A stretch of 64,000 nucleotides of DNA from Thainema sp. (GTDB lineage: Bacteria; Cyanobacteriota; Cyanobacteriia; Phormidesmidales; Phormidesmidaceae), in NCBI GenBank assembly GCA_052168235.1, contig JBQLZK010000008.1, positions 1 through 64,000 on the forward strand. The letters are read 5' to 3'. Below the pieces are notes generated by a model, which saw only the letters and a list, made by a program, of their open reading frames with translations, did no database searches and was not told the DNA's origin. Shown here piece by piece: positions 47,944-57,047 of the stretch (the first letter of the stretch is position 1; each line of letters begins with the position of its first letter). The position numbers were made by a program, and so were the translations under genes.

Positions 47944-48092
47944 CTAGATGTCGTTCAAGTCCGTGTATCAGAACCCAATTTATTTTTTGTGAACGCTTGG
48001 CTTAACCAAGCGTTCACAAAAAATAAATCGTCAGGTTTAACCGGACTTTGCATCAGGCATTCAATGCTGAGTTTATTCTGACGCACATCTAG
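47944..48092. mobile_element. Apparently nested mini-element: CTAG-ended outer unit containing a hairpin unit
   Basis: Outer ctagatgt/acatctag; inner aagtccg/cggactt (47957-48048); perfect 23-bp stem 47978-48028. Confidence 0.65.
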
Positions 48093-48182
48093 CTAGGTGT
48101 TTTGTTCAGTCATGGTTTGATGCGCTACGGCTCAAGCCTCACACATCCTACGCAAGCTAGCGGGGTATCTGCAAGGGCGTTG

Positions 48183-49088
48183 TCAAACTGTCGCGCATAG
48201 TTCTGCGGGTAAGGGCTGAAAGTAGCCGTCTTGCTCTAGGACGGCTACTAGACTGTGTGTTTGAGGAGACTGCATGAGATGGTGCAGCGTTTTGAGGCGG
48301 GTGCCACTGTGGGTGAGGGTATCCAGCTCGGTGAGAATTTGAATTTTCTGGGGCTGAGACAAGTGACCTTTCACCTGCGCGATCGCACTTAGGACTCGCT
48401 GTGGCCCCACCTGAATCATCTGCAAAAACTGCCGCAGAATGTTTTGGATCAGGTTTTGTTGGGATGGGGACAGGTGCGATCGCAAAAATAGGGTCAAGCC
48501 TGCCCCATGATGGCGCGATTCGGCGTCGATGAAGCCTTTTAAGCACTGCTGCAAGATGGGCTGCTGGCAGTCGCTGGCTAGGGAACGGTAGTGGCTCAGT
48601 CCCCAGCCTTCTAGGACGACCTGCAAGACAAATAGCATGACGGCGCGGTCGTCGCTTTCCACTAGTTCGGCCAGCAGTTGCAAAAACGGGTCGCGGGTGG
48701 CCTGGGGTGCATCGGGTAAAAACTGGCGAATTTGGGCTAAATGCTGGGTTTCATCGGCTGCAAATAGTCCATACAGCATCCGCTCTTCCTGGGTTTCGGC
48801 CATCAGCACCATTTTGGCCATGTAGCCAACGCCTGCCTGCTCAATAAAGTAGGCTTCTTCGAGTAAGGCTCGATTTGCGATCGCAACGATCTGCTGCTGC
48901 TCCTCGTCAGTTGCCTTCTGGAAGATTTGCACCCGATCAAGGTTGAAATGCTGGGCGTTCCAAGCAGGAGCGGTAAGGTTGATAGTTACCTGCGATGAAC
49001 TCGGCAAAGCGGCGCTGAGAATCCGGTGCAGCTTGTCATTGGCTGCAGCATGGGGAAGATGAAAACCAGCAGTGGGATAGGGATGCAT
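48183..49088 (-). CDS. Ferritin-like diiron protein (oxygenase/desaturase-like)
   Basis: Paired E...ExxH ligands: YFIE, DETQH, VLEG, AESRH. Confidence 0.8.
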   Translation of the reverse strand: MHPYPTAGFHLPHAAANDKLHRILSAALPSSSQVTINLTAPAWNAQHFNLDRVQIFQKATDEEQQQIVAIANRALLEEAYFIEQAGVGYMAKMVLMAETQEERMLYGLFAADETQHLAQIRQFLPDAPQATRDPFLQLLAELVESDDRAVMLFVLQVVLEGWGLSHYRSLASDCQQPILQQCLKGFIDAESRHHGAGLTLFLRSHLSPSQQNLIQNILRQFLQMIQVGPQRVLSAIAQVKGHLSQPQKIQILTELDTLTHSGTRLKTLHHLMQSPQTHSLVAVLEQDGYFQPLPAELCATV

Positions 49089-49262
49089 GGATGATGAGGC
49101 TGTAGAGGCTGTAGAGGCTGTAAAGGGGAAGAATATTAGAGGACGGTTTTATGATTTCAGCCTAGCTAAATTCTGGTTGGGATTTTGCCGATTGAGTCCA
49201 GTTATTGTTTTGGCGCAGTAAAGTAACGTGCGATCGCGTTCTAAATCTCATCAAATTTCACT

Positions 49263-49562
49263 ATGACTACTGAAGAACAGCTAGAAAATTGGTTAGAGCC
49301 TTTCAGACAAGATCCCCAAACAATCGTAGATAACTGTTGGCAGCACGCCGAACTTTACTCTTCCTCTAACCCGATTCCTCACTCAAGTATATGCACATAC
49401 ATCGTCAACTATGATTTCAAGGGATGGAGATTTCTAAATGCTTTATCAAAAGGGGATTCGCATGTGTGGAAAAACCTTTTGCCAATCTTACTGTTATTTA
49501 TAGTTCTTCTTGTTGCTATTGTGCTAATTGAAAGCACACTTCAATCAAAGAACAAGAAATAG
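49263..49562 (+). CDS. AT-rich hypothetical protein with a C-terminal TM helix
   Basis: ATG ORF of 99 aa with LLPILLLFIVLLVAIVLI; AT-rich codons. Confidence 0.6.
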   Translation: MTTEEQLENWLEPFRQDPQTIVDNCWQHAELYSSSNPIPHSSICTYIVNYDFKGWRFLNALSKGDSHVWKNLLPILLLFIVLLVAIVLIESTLQSKNKK

Positions 49563-49631
49563 AATTTCTATATAATGCTTTGATGGAGCTTGAAACAGAC
49601 TCAAAATAATTAATTTTTCTACAAGCAAATC

Positions 49632-50330
49632 ATGACAAAAATACATGAATTATTTGAACATGAGCCACCTGATCTAGGAATTCAAAACTTCATGGAGATG
49701 ATTGACAATAACTATCCAGAATGGTGTGTAGTAATTGTTGAAGCTCCAATTGAAATTTTGGCAAACACTTTTGTTAGTCTATTTCATACAACAAGCTGGA
49801 AGAGAAACATTTCAATCTATATCACTGAACTAGATGGGGGAGATTTAGCAGGCTGGAAAGCTATTGTACAAGTTAAGAAAAGTAAATGGTCAGTCATTTA
49901 CAAAGATATTTTTGAGTTTAATGGTTCTGTCATAGACTGGAGTATAAAAGTATCTAAGAATTTAAATTCTAGTCCAATTGTATTTTCAGGCGAAGAAACT
50001 GGTAGTGATATTAGTTACCAATTAATTCAAGCTGGAGAAATAACAGAGGAGTATTTGTACTCTGGGAGCAGTCGATTTGATTTCTACTCAAAACTTCGCT
50101 CTAAACCAAAACTAGATTTGCTTGATGAGAAAGAAAATGAGAAGACTTATGCTGACGGATATACCCATAATTTGAGGCAGCATCTTGCATTTATCAACAA
50201 AACATTTTCAGATCAAGGGATTTATATTCCAGCCTGTTATCCTCAAAAGCATCAGGGCAACTTTCGATTAGCTGTTTCGGAATCTTCTTCTTCTAAAATC
50301 AGCAGAGCAGATTTAGTAAATATCGATTAG
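49632..50330 (+). CDS. AT-rich hypothetical protein (232 aa)
   Basis: Long ORF in visibly low-GC DNA. Confidence 0.75.
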   Translation: MTKIHELFEHEPPDLGIQNFMEMIDNNYPEWCVVIVEAPIEILANTFVSLFHTTSWKRNISIYITELDGGDLAGWKAIVQVKKSKWSVIYKDIFEFNGSVIDWSIKVSKNLNSSPIVFSGEETGSDISYQLIQAGEITEEYLYSGSSRFDFYSKLRSKPKLDLLDEKENEKTYADGYTHNLRQHLAFINKTFSDQGIYIPACYPQKHQGNFRLAVSESSSSKISRADLVNID

Positions 50331-50432
50331 TGCAATCGCATTACTTTGTTTGACTCAAATCTCTCATCGAATAGCATATACTTCGTATGACTGGCTTCGA
50401 AGGTATGAAGTCCTCGTGCCCAAAGCAAGGGA

Positions 50433-50681
50433 TTGGTTATGATCACAACCATTTCTAAATGGGGAAACAGCCTTGCTGTTCGTATCCCCCAGAACTTAGC
50501 CAAAGAAATCAACTTAACAGAAGGTTCTGAAGTAGAACTGGTTTTAGAAGATGGCAAGCTGATCATCAAGCCTAAAATTCAGTGTCAGTACTCACTAGAA
50601 GAATTAGTTGAAGCCATCACGCCAGAAAATCGGCAGGGTGAAATTAATAGTGGAATTGCTATAGGCAACGAAATTTGGTAG
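50433..50681 (+). CDS. mazE: AbrB/MazE-family antitoxin
   Basis: ISKWGNSLAVRIP, YSLEELV..IT.EN, G.EIW; start may be the ATG at 50439. Confidence 0.9.
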   Translation: MVMITTISKWGNSLAVRIPQNLAKEINLTEGSEVELVLEDGKLIIKPKIQCQYSLEELVEAITPENRQGEINSGIAIGNEIW

Positions 50682-50829
50682 GTCAATTAGAACCCGTCGA
50701 AGAAGCTCAAGCCAAAATTCAGCCGCTGGATTTTCTGATTTATTTTGAGGTAAGAATCGCGATCGCATTCCTTATTCCTCTCTCCTCACGCCTCACTCCT
50801 TCAGCGCAAAATGCGATCGCAACGATCGA

Positions 50830-50986
50830 AGGGAGCCATTCGGATTCGGGGCTGCTGGGTCTCTGTCGAGGCCTTACGCCTCGATGATGGTCAGTTGCTC
50901 ATTGTGATTGCTCCTCCGAGTACAGTTGGACGGATTGTACTCGGAATGGCTTCCGGCACTCTCTCTATTTTTTGTCCTGTACTTAG
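50830..50986 (+). pseudogene. Probable IS4-like transposase remnant
   Basis: Fragment GCWVSVEALRLDDGQLLIVIAP and terminal ttttgtcctgtacttag resemble cyanobacterial IS4-type transposase sequence as I recall it; no intact ORF. Confidence 0.45.
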
Positions 50987-51020
50987 ACCTAGATGAAGCA
51001 AAACCTGTCATTGGGCTTGA

Positions 51021-52517
51021 TTAGAAATCAAAATAGATGTAGGGAATGGCTTCGCTGGGAGACAGAATCCAGGCGATGAAGAAACAGAGCGGTACGAGTA
51101 GCAGCTTGACGGGCCAGTTGAGCTGTAGCTTGAGGGTGCGCTGGAAGCCGTAAAGCAGCGCCATCAAAGCCATGATTAAACTCAACAAAATCGCCAACTG
51201 GGGCCGACTAAAGCCGAGGGTTTCTACATAAACCTTTTGAGCAAACTGTACGTCTGCCTCATAGCCCCAGAGCCGCTGCAAAGCCAAGCTGAAATCACTC
51301 CAGGCAGGTAGTCGGAAAAAGAGCCAGCTGCCAAAGACCATAAACTGGGTAATCAGCCATGCGATCGCAACTCCTGGTACGCTGCTCCAAAATGCAGTTA
51401 AGGCAGGTCGCTGTTCAGATGCTTTCGCCACTAGGCGATGCACCGCTAGCGCCACCCCGTGCAGGCCACCCCAGATGATGAATCCCCAGGCTGCTCCGTG
51501 CCACAGACCGCCCAGCAGCATGACAATAATGAAGTTCAAGCAGGTGCGCTTCAGTCCTTGACGAGAACCACCCAGGGGAAAGTAGAGATAGTTGCGCAGC
51601 CAGTCGCCCAGGGTAATATGCCAGCGTCGCCAAAAGTCGGCAATGCTGGTAGACATGTAGGGAAAGTTGAAGTTAATCGGCAGCTTCAGCCCCAGCAGCA
51701 TGGCGCTACCGCGAGCGATGTCTACATAGCCGCTAAAGTCGAAATAGAGCTGTAGCCCATAGGCAAACGTGGTGAGCCAAATGTCGGCGCTGCCAGCCCT
51801 GGCCAAGTTATCAAAACTGAGATTGACGTAAAGCGCAATGCGATCGGCAATCAGCAGCTTTTTGACGGAACCCATCGCGATCAGCCAGAGTCCTTCGGTG
51901 GTGGACTCTAGATTGGGGAACTTGAGCGTTTCAAATTGAGCTGAAATGTCGTGGTAGCGGGTAATCGGGCCAGAGGTGATTTTGGGAAAGAACAGCTTGT
52001 AGGCGGCGAACTCAATAAAGCTGTTGCTCGGTGGCGCACCGCGATACACGTCTACCAGATAGGCAATGCTCTCAAAGCAAAAGTAGCTGATGCCTAAAGG
52101 AATGAGTAGACTGTCGCTGACCCACTGCGCCTGAGTTTGCAGCAGCGAAATGCCCAGCAGTCCACCAATCGTATTCAGGAAGAACGGAATGTACTTAAAG
52201 CCAAACAGCAGCAGCAGATTGAGGCCGATGCCGAACCACAGCAGCGATAGCTGCTTGCGCGACCAGTCCTGCTGTGCCGATTCCCACTCCTCATTCGCAA
52301 TCCGCCAGTCTAGCGGCACGGTGAGCGCATTTCCTAACCAGAAGTTGGCTAGCGTCAGCGCCACGATAAAGGGTAAATACAGAACTTGCAGCGAGGCAAA
52401 GAAAATAACGCTCGCTACTAGCAGAATCCACAGCCGCGCCTTCCGCTGCGGGAATGCCCAGTAGATGCCAATCAGGCTGAGCAGGAAGAGGCCGTAGATG
52501 AAGGAGGGGAAGTTCAT
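51021..52517 (-). CDS. MBOAT family O-acyltransferase (AlgI/DltB-like)
   Basis: PLGISY, FPKITSGPI, YFDFSGY, FWRRWHITL, LWHGA. Confidence 0.93.
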   Translation of the reverse strand: MNFPSFIYGLFLLSLIGIYWAFPQRKARLWILLVASVIFFASLQVLYLPFIVALTLANFWLGNALTVPLDWRIANEEWESAQQDWSRKQLSLLWFGIGLNLLLLFGFKYIPFFLNTIGGLLGISLLQTQAQWVSDSLLIPLGISYFCFESIAYLVDVYRGAPPSNSFIEFAAYKLFFPKITSGPITRYHDISAQFETLKFPNLESTTEGLWLIAMGSVKKLLIADRIALYVNLSFDNLARAGSADIWLTTFAYGLQLYFDFSGYVDIARGSAMLLGLKLPINFNFPYMSTSIADFWRRWHITLGDWLRNYLYFPLGGSRQGLKRTCLNFIIVMLLGGLWHGAAWGFIIWGGLHGVALAVHRLVAKASEQRPALTAFWSSVPGVAIAWLITQFMVFGSWLFFRLPAWSDFSLALQRLWGYEADVQFAQKVYVETLGFSRPQLAILLSLIMALMALLYGFQRTLKLQLNWPVKLLLVPLCFFIAWILSPSEAIPYIYFDF

Positions 52518-52579
52518 GGGCGGCGGGATGGGTGGGAGGGTGAATGAGTGGATGGGTAGGCGGGTGGATGGGTGGGAGC

Positions 52580-52647
52580 GTAGGGGCGGGTTTAGGTGAG
52601 TGGTGAGTGGGTCAATGGACTAAATGAATGGCAAAACCCGCCCTTAC
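52580..52647. repeat. GTAG-type REP-like inverted repeat next to G-rich octamer repeats
   Basis: gtaggggcgggttt ... aaacccgcccttac. Confidence 0.7.
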
Positions 52648-52667
52648 AGGTATTGGGACAACCCGAA

Positions 52668-55600
52668 TTAATCAGAAGCGTCTGGGTCGGATTGGGTGGC
52701 GGCGCTCCAGGGGATCATGGGGTCTTGGGCGATGCGCTGGGAGACTTGGTAGGCTCCGTAGCGGTTCAGGTGGCTGGGGTCGGAGAAGTAGACGTATTGC
52801 TGGGGCCACATTTCGCTCAGGTCGCGGAAGATGAAGTCGTCGTGGGAGGCCGATTGTTGCAGCATCCAACGAACGAATTCCTGCTCATGTTCAGACCGCG
52901 CGGCATCCATATATTCATCGGTGGTTGGCGTATTGATGAATACGACTGGAATGCCTTGAGCAGCGGTGAAGTCCAATAGGGCATTGAGGGCTTCAGCCTG
53001 CTTGCCGTCTAAGCTGAAGTCTTTATAGTCGCCATCGTAAAGACCGGAAACGCGTGCGTACTGCTGGTAGTAAGTGGCGGGATTGAACTGGGTGGAGATG
53101 GGCAAGAAGCCGTCCACGTCAATCATTGACTCTCCTTCATCAGCCAGCAGGACATCCGGGTCTTGCTGGCCGACTGGGGCATTCACAGCCAGCGGTTCCG
53201 GTGTGGCGAAGGGTAGCCAAGCGGAGAAACGATCTTGCAGGAAGCCTTTAATACGATCGCGTTCGGAATGCAGGGCCGACCAGTTTGAAACCGTCTCCTC
53301 CAACTTTTCATCCACGGTTTGATAGCTGCTGAACAGCGACGTATTGTTCGCTTCCGCCGCTAGTTCTGCCGCTGCCTGCTGAGCCGCTGCCGCCGCCTCG
53401 GCGTCTAGAGCTGCCGCTTCAGCAGCAAGCTGTTCGGCTCGTGCCGCCATCAGATCCTGATAGCCCTCGGAGGCGACAATGCCGTTGTAGGTGACATCAA
53501 GCCGTCCGCTGTTAAAGGCGCGGGCACCATCGGCCCAGATAATCAGCTTGGGGAGCTGATCTTGGCTGAGGAAGCGGCGCAGGATTAAATCGGCCACCTG
53601 AGCCGTTGCGCCGTTGATGCCAAAGTTGAAAATGCTGACATCCTCGTAGCCCTGAGCGGCTAAGTCCTCCTTCAGTTTGGCCGGATCAACGCCCCGCAGC
53701 GATCGCGAACTACCAAAGACCAGCACGTCCGGCACCCCAAACTGATCCACCTGTCGCTGGTAGAGCGCCATCTTGATATCCATTTGACGACTGTTAAACG
53801 TGCCGTAGGAGTAATCCAGGGTCGACAGACGATCTTGAAATGGTGACGCTTCGAGATCAACCTGTAGCGGATTCAGTTGCGGAGTTATCTCATCCTGATT
53901 GGGATCAATTACGGTCGGATCGCTGTCGTCGGTGAACCCTTCCTGCGCAAAACCGTCGTCACCTTCGTCTTCCTCACCGTCTTCACCGGGCAGGCTAAAC
54001 GAAATATTGGCTTCTTCCCAAAACGGTGACTCCGTATCCAGCGGTGGGTCAGATGAAGCCAGCGCAGACTCATCGATTCGCATGGTGGATTCGTCAGCCA
54101 CCTCCTGCTGGGCAGACTGCGCCGTCTTCAGAACTTGACCACCAATCCAATCGGCCTGAAACACGACGAGCATCCCTACCGCACCCCATACAGCCGCGAC
54201 GGGTAGCAGAGAGCGTCGTTGGTTGGGAGTTTCGGTTGACGCGGACGGTGTATCCTGCGTCGTCTTCAAATCTTGAACAGACGATTGCGGGACGAAGAGT
54301 TGCGATCGCAACAGCAGTCCCTGCAAATGTTCACGGTTCTGCTGCCACAGTTCCGCTAGCCGATTTCGGACGGTTTCAGAGGTAATCTCTTCCCGGATCA
54401 CCACATCTTCTTCGGAGCGGGAAATCAGATCGCCGACGTAGGCTTCCGATGCAGCAAACTCCGGCGTGGCTTCCGGTACAATCTGGCGCGGACGGGGCTG
54501 GAGGTCAATGCCAAAGCTCCACAGCGGGCGCTTTTGTCCGGCGCGCCGCCCGTAGACCCGCACGCCTTTGATACCCGGCACTTTCAGCCGCCGCATTTCT
54601 TTGGCCAGGATTTTGCCGACCTGACGACGGCTGGGGCACATCGGCGCATCGGCCATGATGTGCAGCACATCACCCCGCTGGGCAAGCTGGATGCGAATGC
54701 CACCCGTTGCCAGCTGATGCGGCAAGTCTGGATTCAGCGATCGCATCAGCCAGTAAGCCAACGCCGGACGATCGCCTTGGCTGGCTAGTTCTTGTGTCCG
54801 AGTCGCCAGCGCCTCATGCTCAGTGGCAGGTAAATTCAGCCAGTGCATCCACACGGGGGAGGTCTGCGGGGCACCCTGACCGTATAGCACAGCGGCGTGA
54901 ATGCCCTGAGGCGCGAGAGATTGTAGCAGCGGTTCCAATACTGCCTGTACCGTCGCCTGATCCGGCAGTGAGGGCGAATTTGGGGTTGAGTCTGAATTAG
55001 AATCAGTACCGGAACCGGAGTCTGGAGCATTACGCTTCTGGGAGCGTTGGCGACAGAAGAGGTAGAGCGTTGGAGATTTGAGTTCCGGCGTGACGTGAAT
55101 ATCGGGCGGTAGGGCATCATTGGCCAGAGCTGCGATCGCATCTAGATCACCCCAGCGGGCCCATTCTTTCAGCAACTCAGTCTTGGGCGTCAGATCAACC
55201 CGCAGGAACCATTCTGCCCGAGGTTCGCCCTGCACCTGAATCAGAATCACTGCGTCCCGAAAGCCCTCCAGCTCCAGATCGCGCAGCCGTTGAGCCGTGG
55301 GTTCCGCCACCACGCGCGGATCGGGACTGTAGGGAGCCTCGCAGAGAATCCACATCCGCTTAGAGGTAAGCGCCACACCGTCCTCTCGCAGCGGTAGCGT
55401 TTTGACTTTGACCTGAACGCTAATGCCCAGAATGTTCAAAATCTCGCTCAGATAGCAGGCAATCCCCGACGGAGTGCCCTGCTTGGCTAGACTGCGGGTT
55501 GGTAGGACGAGAGCTGAGCTGGTTTGGGCAACTGAATGCGTGAACTGCGGCTGATCTGAGTTGGGTGGAGTCGTGACCGATGACTCTCCTGACTCTGAAG

Positions 55601-56093
55601 AGTTGAGCCGCCCATTGACCGATACTGTAGCGGTTGCAGGTGTACTTAATTTAGAGGCTGAGTAGGATTCCGGCTGCTGTGTTTCGGGCTGAGCAATTTC
55701 CGTCAGATGAGGCGCATGTGCCGTCATGCCCTCTGCCATTTGCTGCACATCTGCCGCTTGCAGTTCAGCCAAATGCTGCGGCAACTGATTTAAGTAAATC
55801 GGCATTGTCCAGGCCGGACGGGTTTCATCCTGCTTGCGCCCGTAGAGCATGACCTGGTAGAGCGACGGCTGATTACCAGGGATGAGCGTATTGATATTGA
55901 GGATTTGGAGCGCCTTGACCAGCGCTTTTGCGATCGCAGACTGGCGCGGCACAGATGGGGCTTCGAGTAACACATGCAACACATTGCCCCGCAAGCGCAC
56001 ACGGACGTGCAGATTGGGCTGATAACAAACCTGCCCGATCCACTGGCTCAGCGGAAATAGGGGATGGCGCTCATGAATCACGTTTGACATCAT
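52668..56093 (-). CDS. Large bitopic protein with four N-terminal repeats and a C-terminal SGNH-like (DUF1574-type) domain
   Basis: FGSSRSLRG, NFGINGA, DPSHLN; one TM helix near residues 630-650; co-oriented with the MBOAT gene. Confidence 0.85.
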   Translation of the reverse strand: MMSNVIHERHPLFPLSQWIGQVCYQPNLHVRVRLRGNVLHVLLEAPSVPRQSAIAKALVKALQILNINTLIPGNQPSLYQVMLYGRKQDETRPAWTMPIYLNQLPQHLAELQAADVQQMAEGMTAHAPHLTEIAQPETQQPESYSASKLSTPATATVSVNGRLNSSESGESSVTTPPNSDQPQFTHSVAQTSSALVLPTRSLAKQGTPSGIACYLSEILNILGISVQVKVKTLPLREDGVALTSKRMWILCEAPYSPDPRVVAEPTAQRLRDLELEGFRDAVILIQVQGEPRAEWFLRVDLTPKTELLKEWARWGDLDAIAALANDALPPDIHVTPELKSPTLYLFCRQRSQKRNAPDSGSGTDSNSDSTPNSPSLPDQATVQAVLEPLLQSLAPQGIHAAVLYGQGAPQTSPVWMHWLNLPATEHEALATRTQELASQGDRPALAYWLMRSLNPDLPHQLATGGIRIQLAQRGDVLHIMADAPMCPSRRQVGKILAKEMRRLKVPGIKGVRVYGRRAGQKRPLWSFGIDLQPRPRQIVPEATPEFAASEAYVGDLISRSEEDVVIREEITSETVRNRLAELWQQNREHLQGLLLRSQLFVPQSSVQDLKTTQDTPSASTETPNQRRSLLPVAAVWGAVGMLVVFQADWIGGQVLKTAQSAQQEVADESTMRIDESALASSDPPLDTESPFWEEANISFSLPGEDGEEDEGDDGFAQEGFTDDSDPTVIDPNQDEITPQLNPLQVDLEASPFQDRLSTLDYSYGTFNSRQMDIKMALYQRQVDQFGVPDVLVFGSSRSLRGVDPAKLKEDLAAQGYEDVSIFNFGINGATAQVADLILRRFLSQDQLPKLIIWADGARAFNSGRLDVTYNGIVASEGYQDLMAARAEQLAAEAAALDAEAAAAAQQAAAELAAEANNTSLFSSYQTVDEKLEETVSNWSALHSERDRIKGFLQDRFSAWLPFATPEPLAVNAPVGQQDPDVLLADEGESMIDVDGFLPISTQFNPATYYQQYARVSGLYDGDYKDFSLDGKQAEALNALLDFTAAQGIPVVFINTPTTDEYMDAARSEHEQEFVRWMLQQSASHDDFIFRDLSEMWPQQYVYFSDPSHLNRYGAYQVSQRIAQDPMIPWSAATQSDPDASD

Positions 56094-56514
56094 CTCAACT
56101 CAGTTTGCCAGAGGCGCTTTACAGAATACGTCACAAACACGTCACAAATTAAACGGTGGAAAAGGCAGTCAGCATCTCATCAACTAAGTCTGTATGAGAA
56201 CCTGTTACTTCTAGTGTGAAAATCATGGTGAAAAGCTTGTGCTGCAAGCCTTTCGCAGGAATGATAGCGACAGGTTTTCAATCCGACTTGATATTAGCGA
56301 ATAAACCGGAGAAAGTGCCTACAGACTAGCGCCAGATTGTTCAACGCTAGCGAATTTGCAAAAAACTTTACGCAGGGCAATGGACACGGGCTGAACAAGA
56401 CGATTCATCGGTTTGGGCTACCAGTTTGTGATGATGGCGACCCAAAAGTTAGCTGATTATGGCAACCTAAAAGCAAATGCCTAGTTAATGCGCTAGTCAA
56501 AACAAGCCAACATC

Positions 56515-56769
56515 ATGTTTAACTGTCCTATGCAATCCTCCTCTAGCCGCGATCGCACTCCTCAGTCCTTCGACTTACCGGGAAATCCAACCCTATGGCT
56601 GAGTCTAGCAACAATTCCTCTACTCCTGTTTTTGCTCAGCACCAAAGCGCTGTTCGACCTGATGCAGCAGTTCGGTTTAGCCAGTGAAGAGCTGTTCCGG
56701 GGCGACCGTCTGCCGGTGATCAACCTATTTGATCCCTTTGGCTCCGAAACCAACAATTCAGATCAGTAA
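56515..56769 (+). CDS. Small membrane-associated hypothetical protein upstream of ppc
   Basis: Hydrophobic helix followed by SEELFRGDRLPV; start may be 56530. Confidence 0.75.
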   Translation: MFNCPMQSSSSRDRTPQSFDLPGNPTLWLSLATIPLLLFLLSTKALFDLMQQFGLASEELFRGDRLPVINLFDPFGSETNNSDQ

Positions 56770-57047
56770 TAGTCTTCAACGGTCTTCAGCGATTGCGATC
56801 GCACATTGCGGCCTCTAATCGTGGCTAACTCAGACGGTATCGCTTTGGTTTACAGATGCGACAGATACGGCGGATAGAAGTGGGCACTGCTTACCTATCA
56901 TTAGATGAAATAAATTGCGATCGCTGATGCCGTCACGAAACGCTGACAAATTAATCGTAAACTCTGAGGATAAGGCGAAGAACTATACCTTCTCTACCAA
57001 AACCTCCTAAAATTGCTGAGTATCCTAGCTAGGCTAGCGCAAGCTTT

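Noticed and set aside
49096..49122. gaggctgta x3, and aacgtttg-type octamers near 20481-20512 and 23138-23160
   Set aside because: Ordinary short tandem repeats common in filamentous cyanobacteria
50675..50887. ORF after mazE as MazF
   Set aside because: No PemK/MazF motifs; it runs across HIP1 junctions into IS-like sequence
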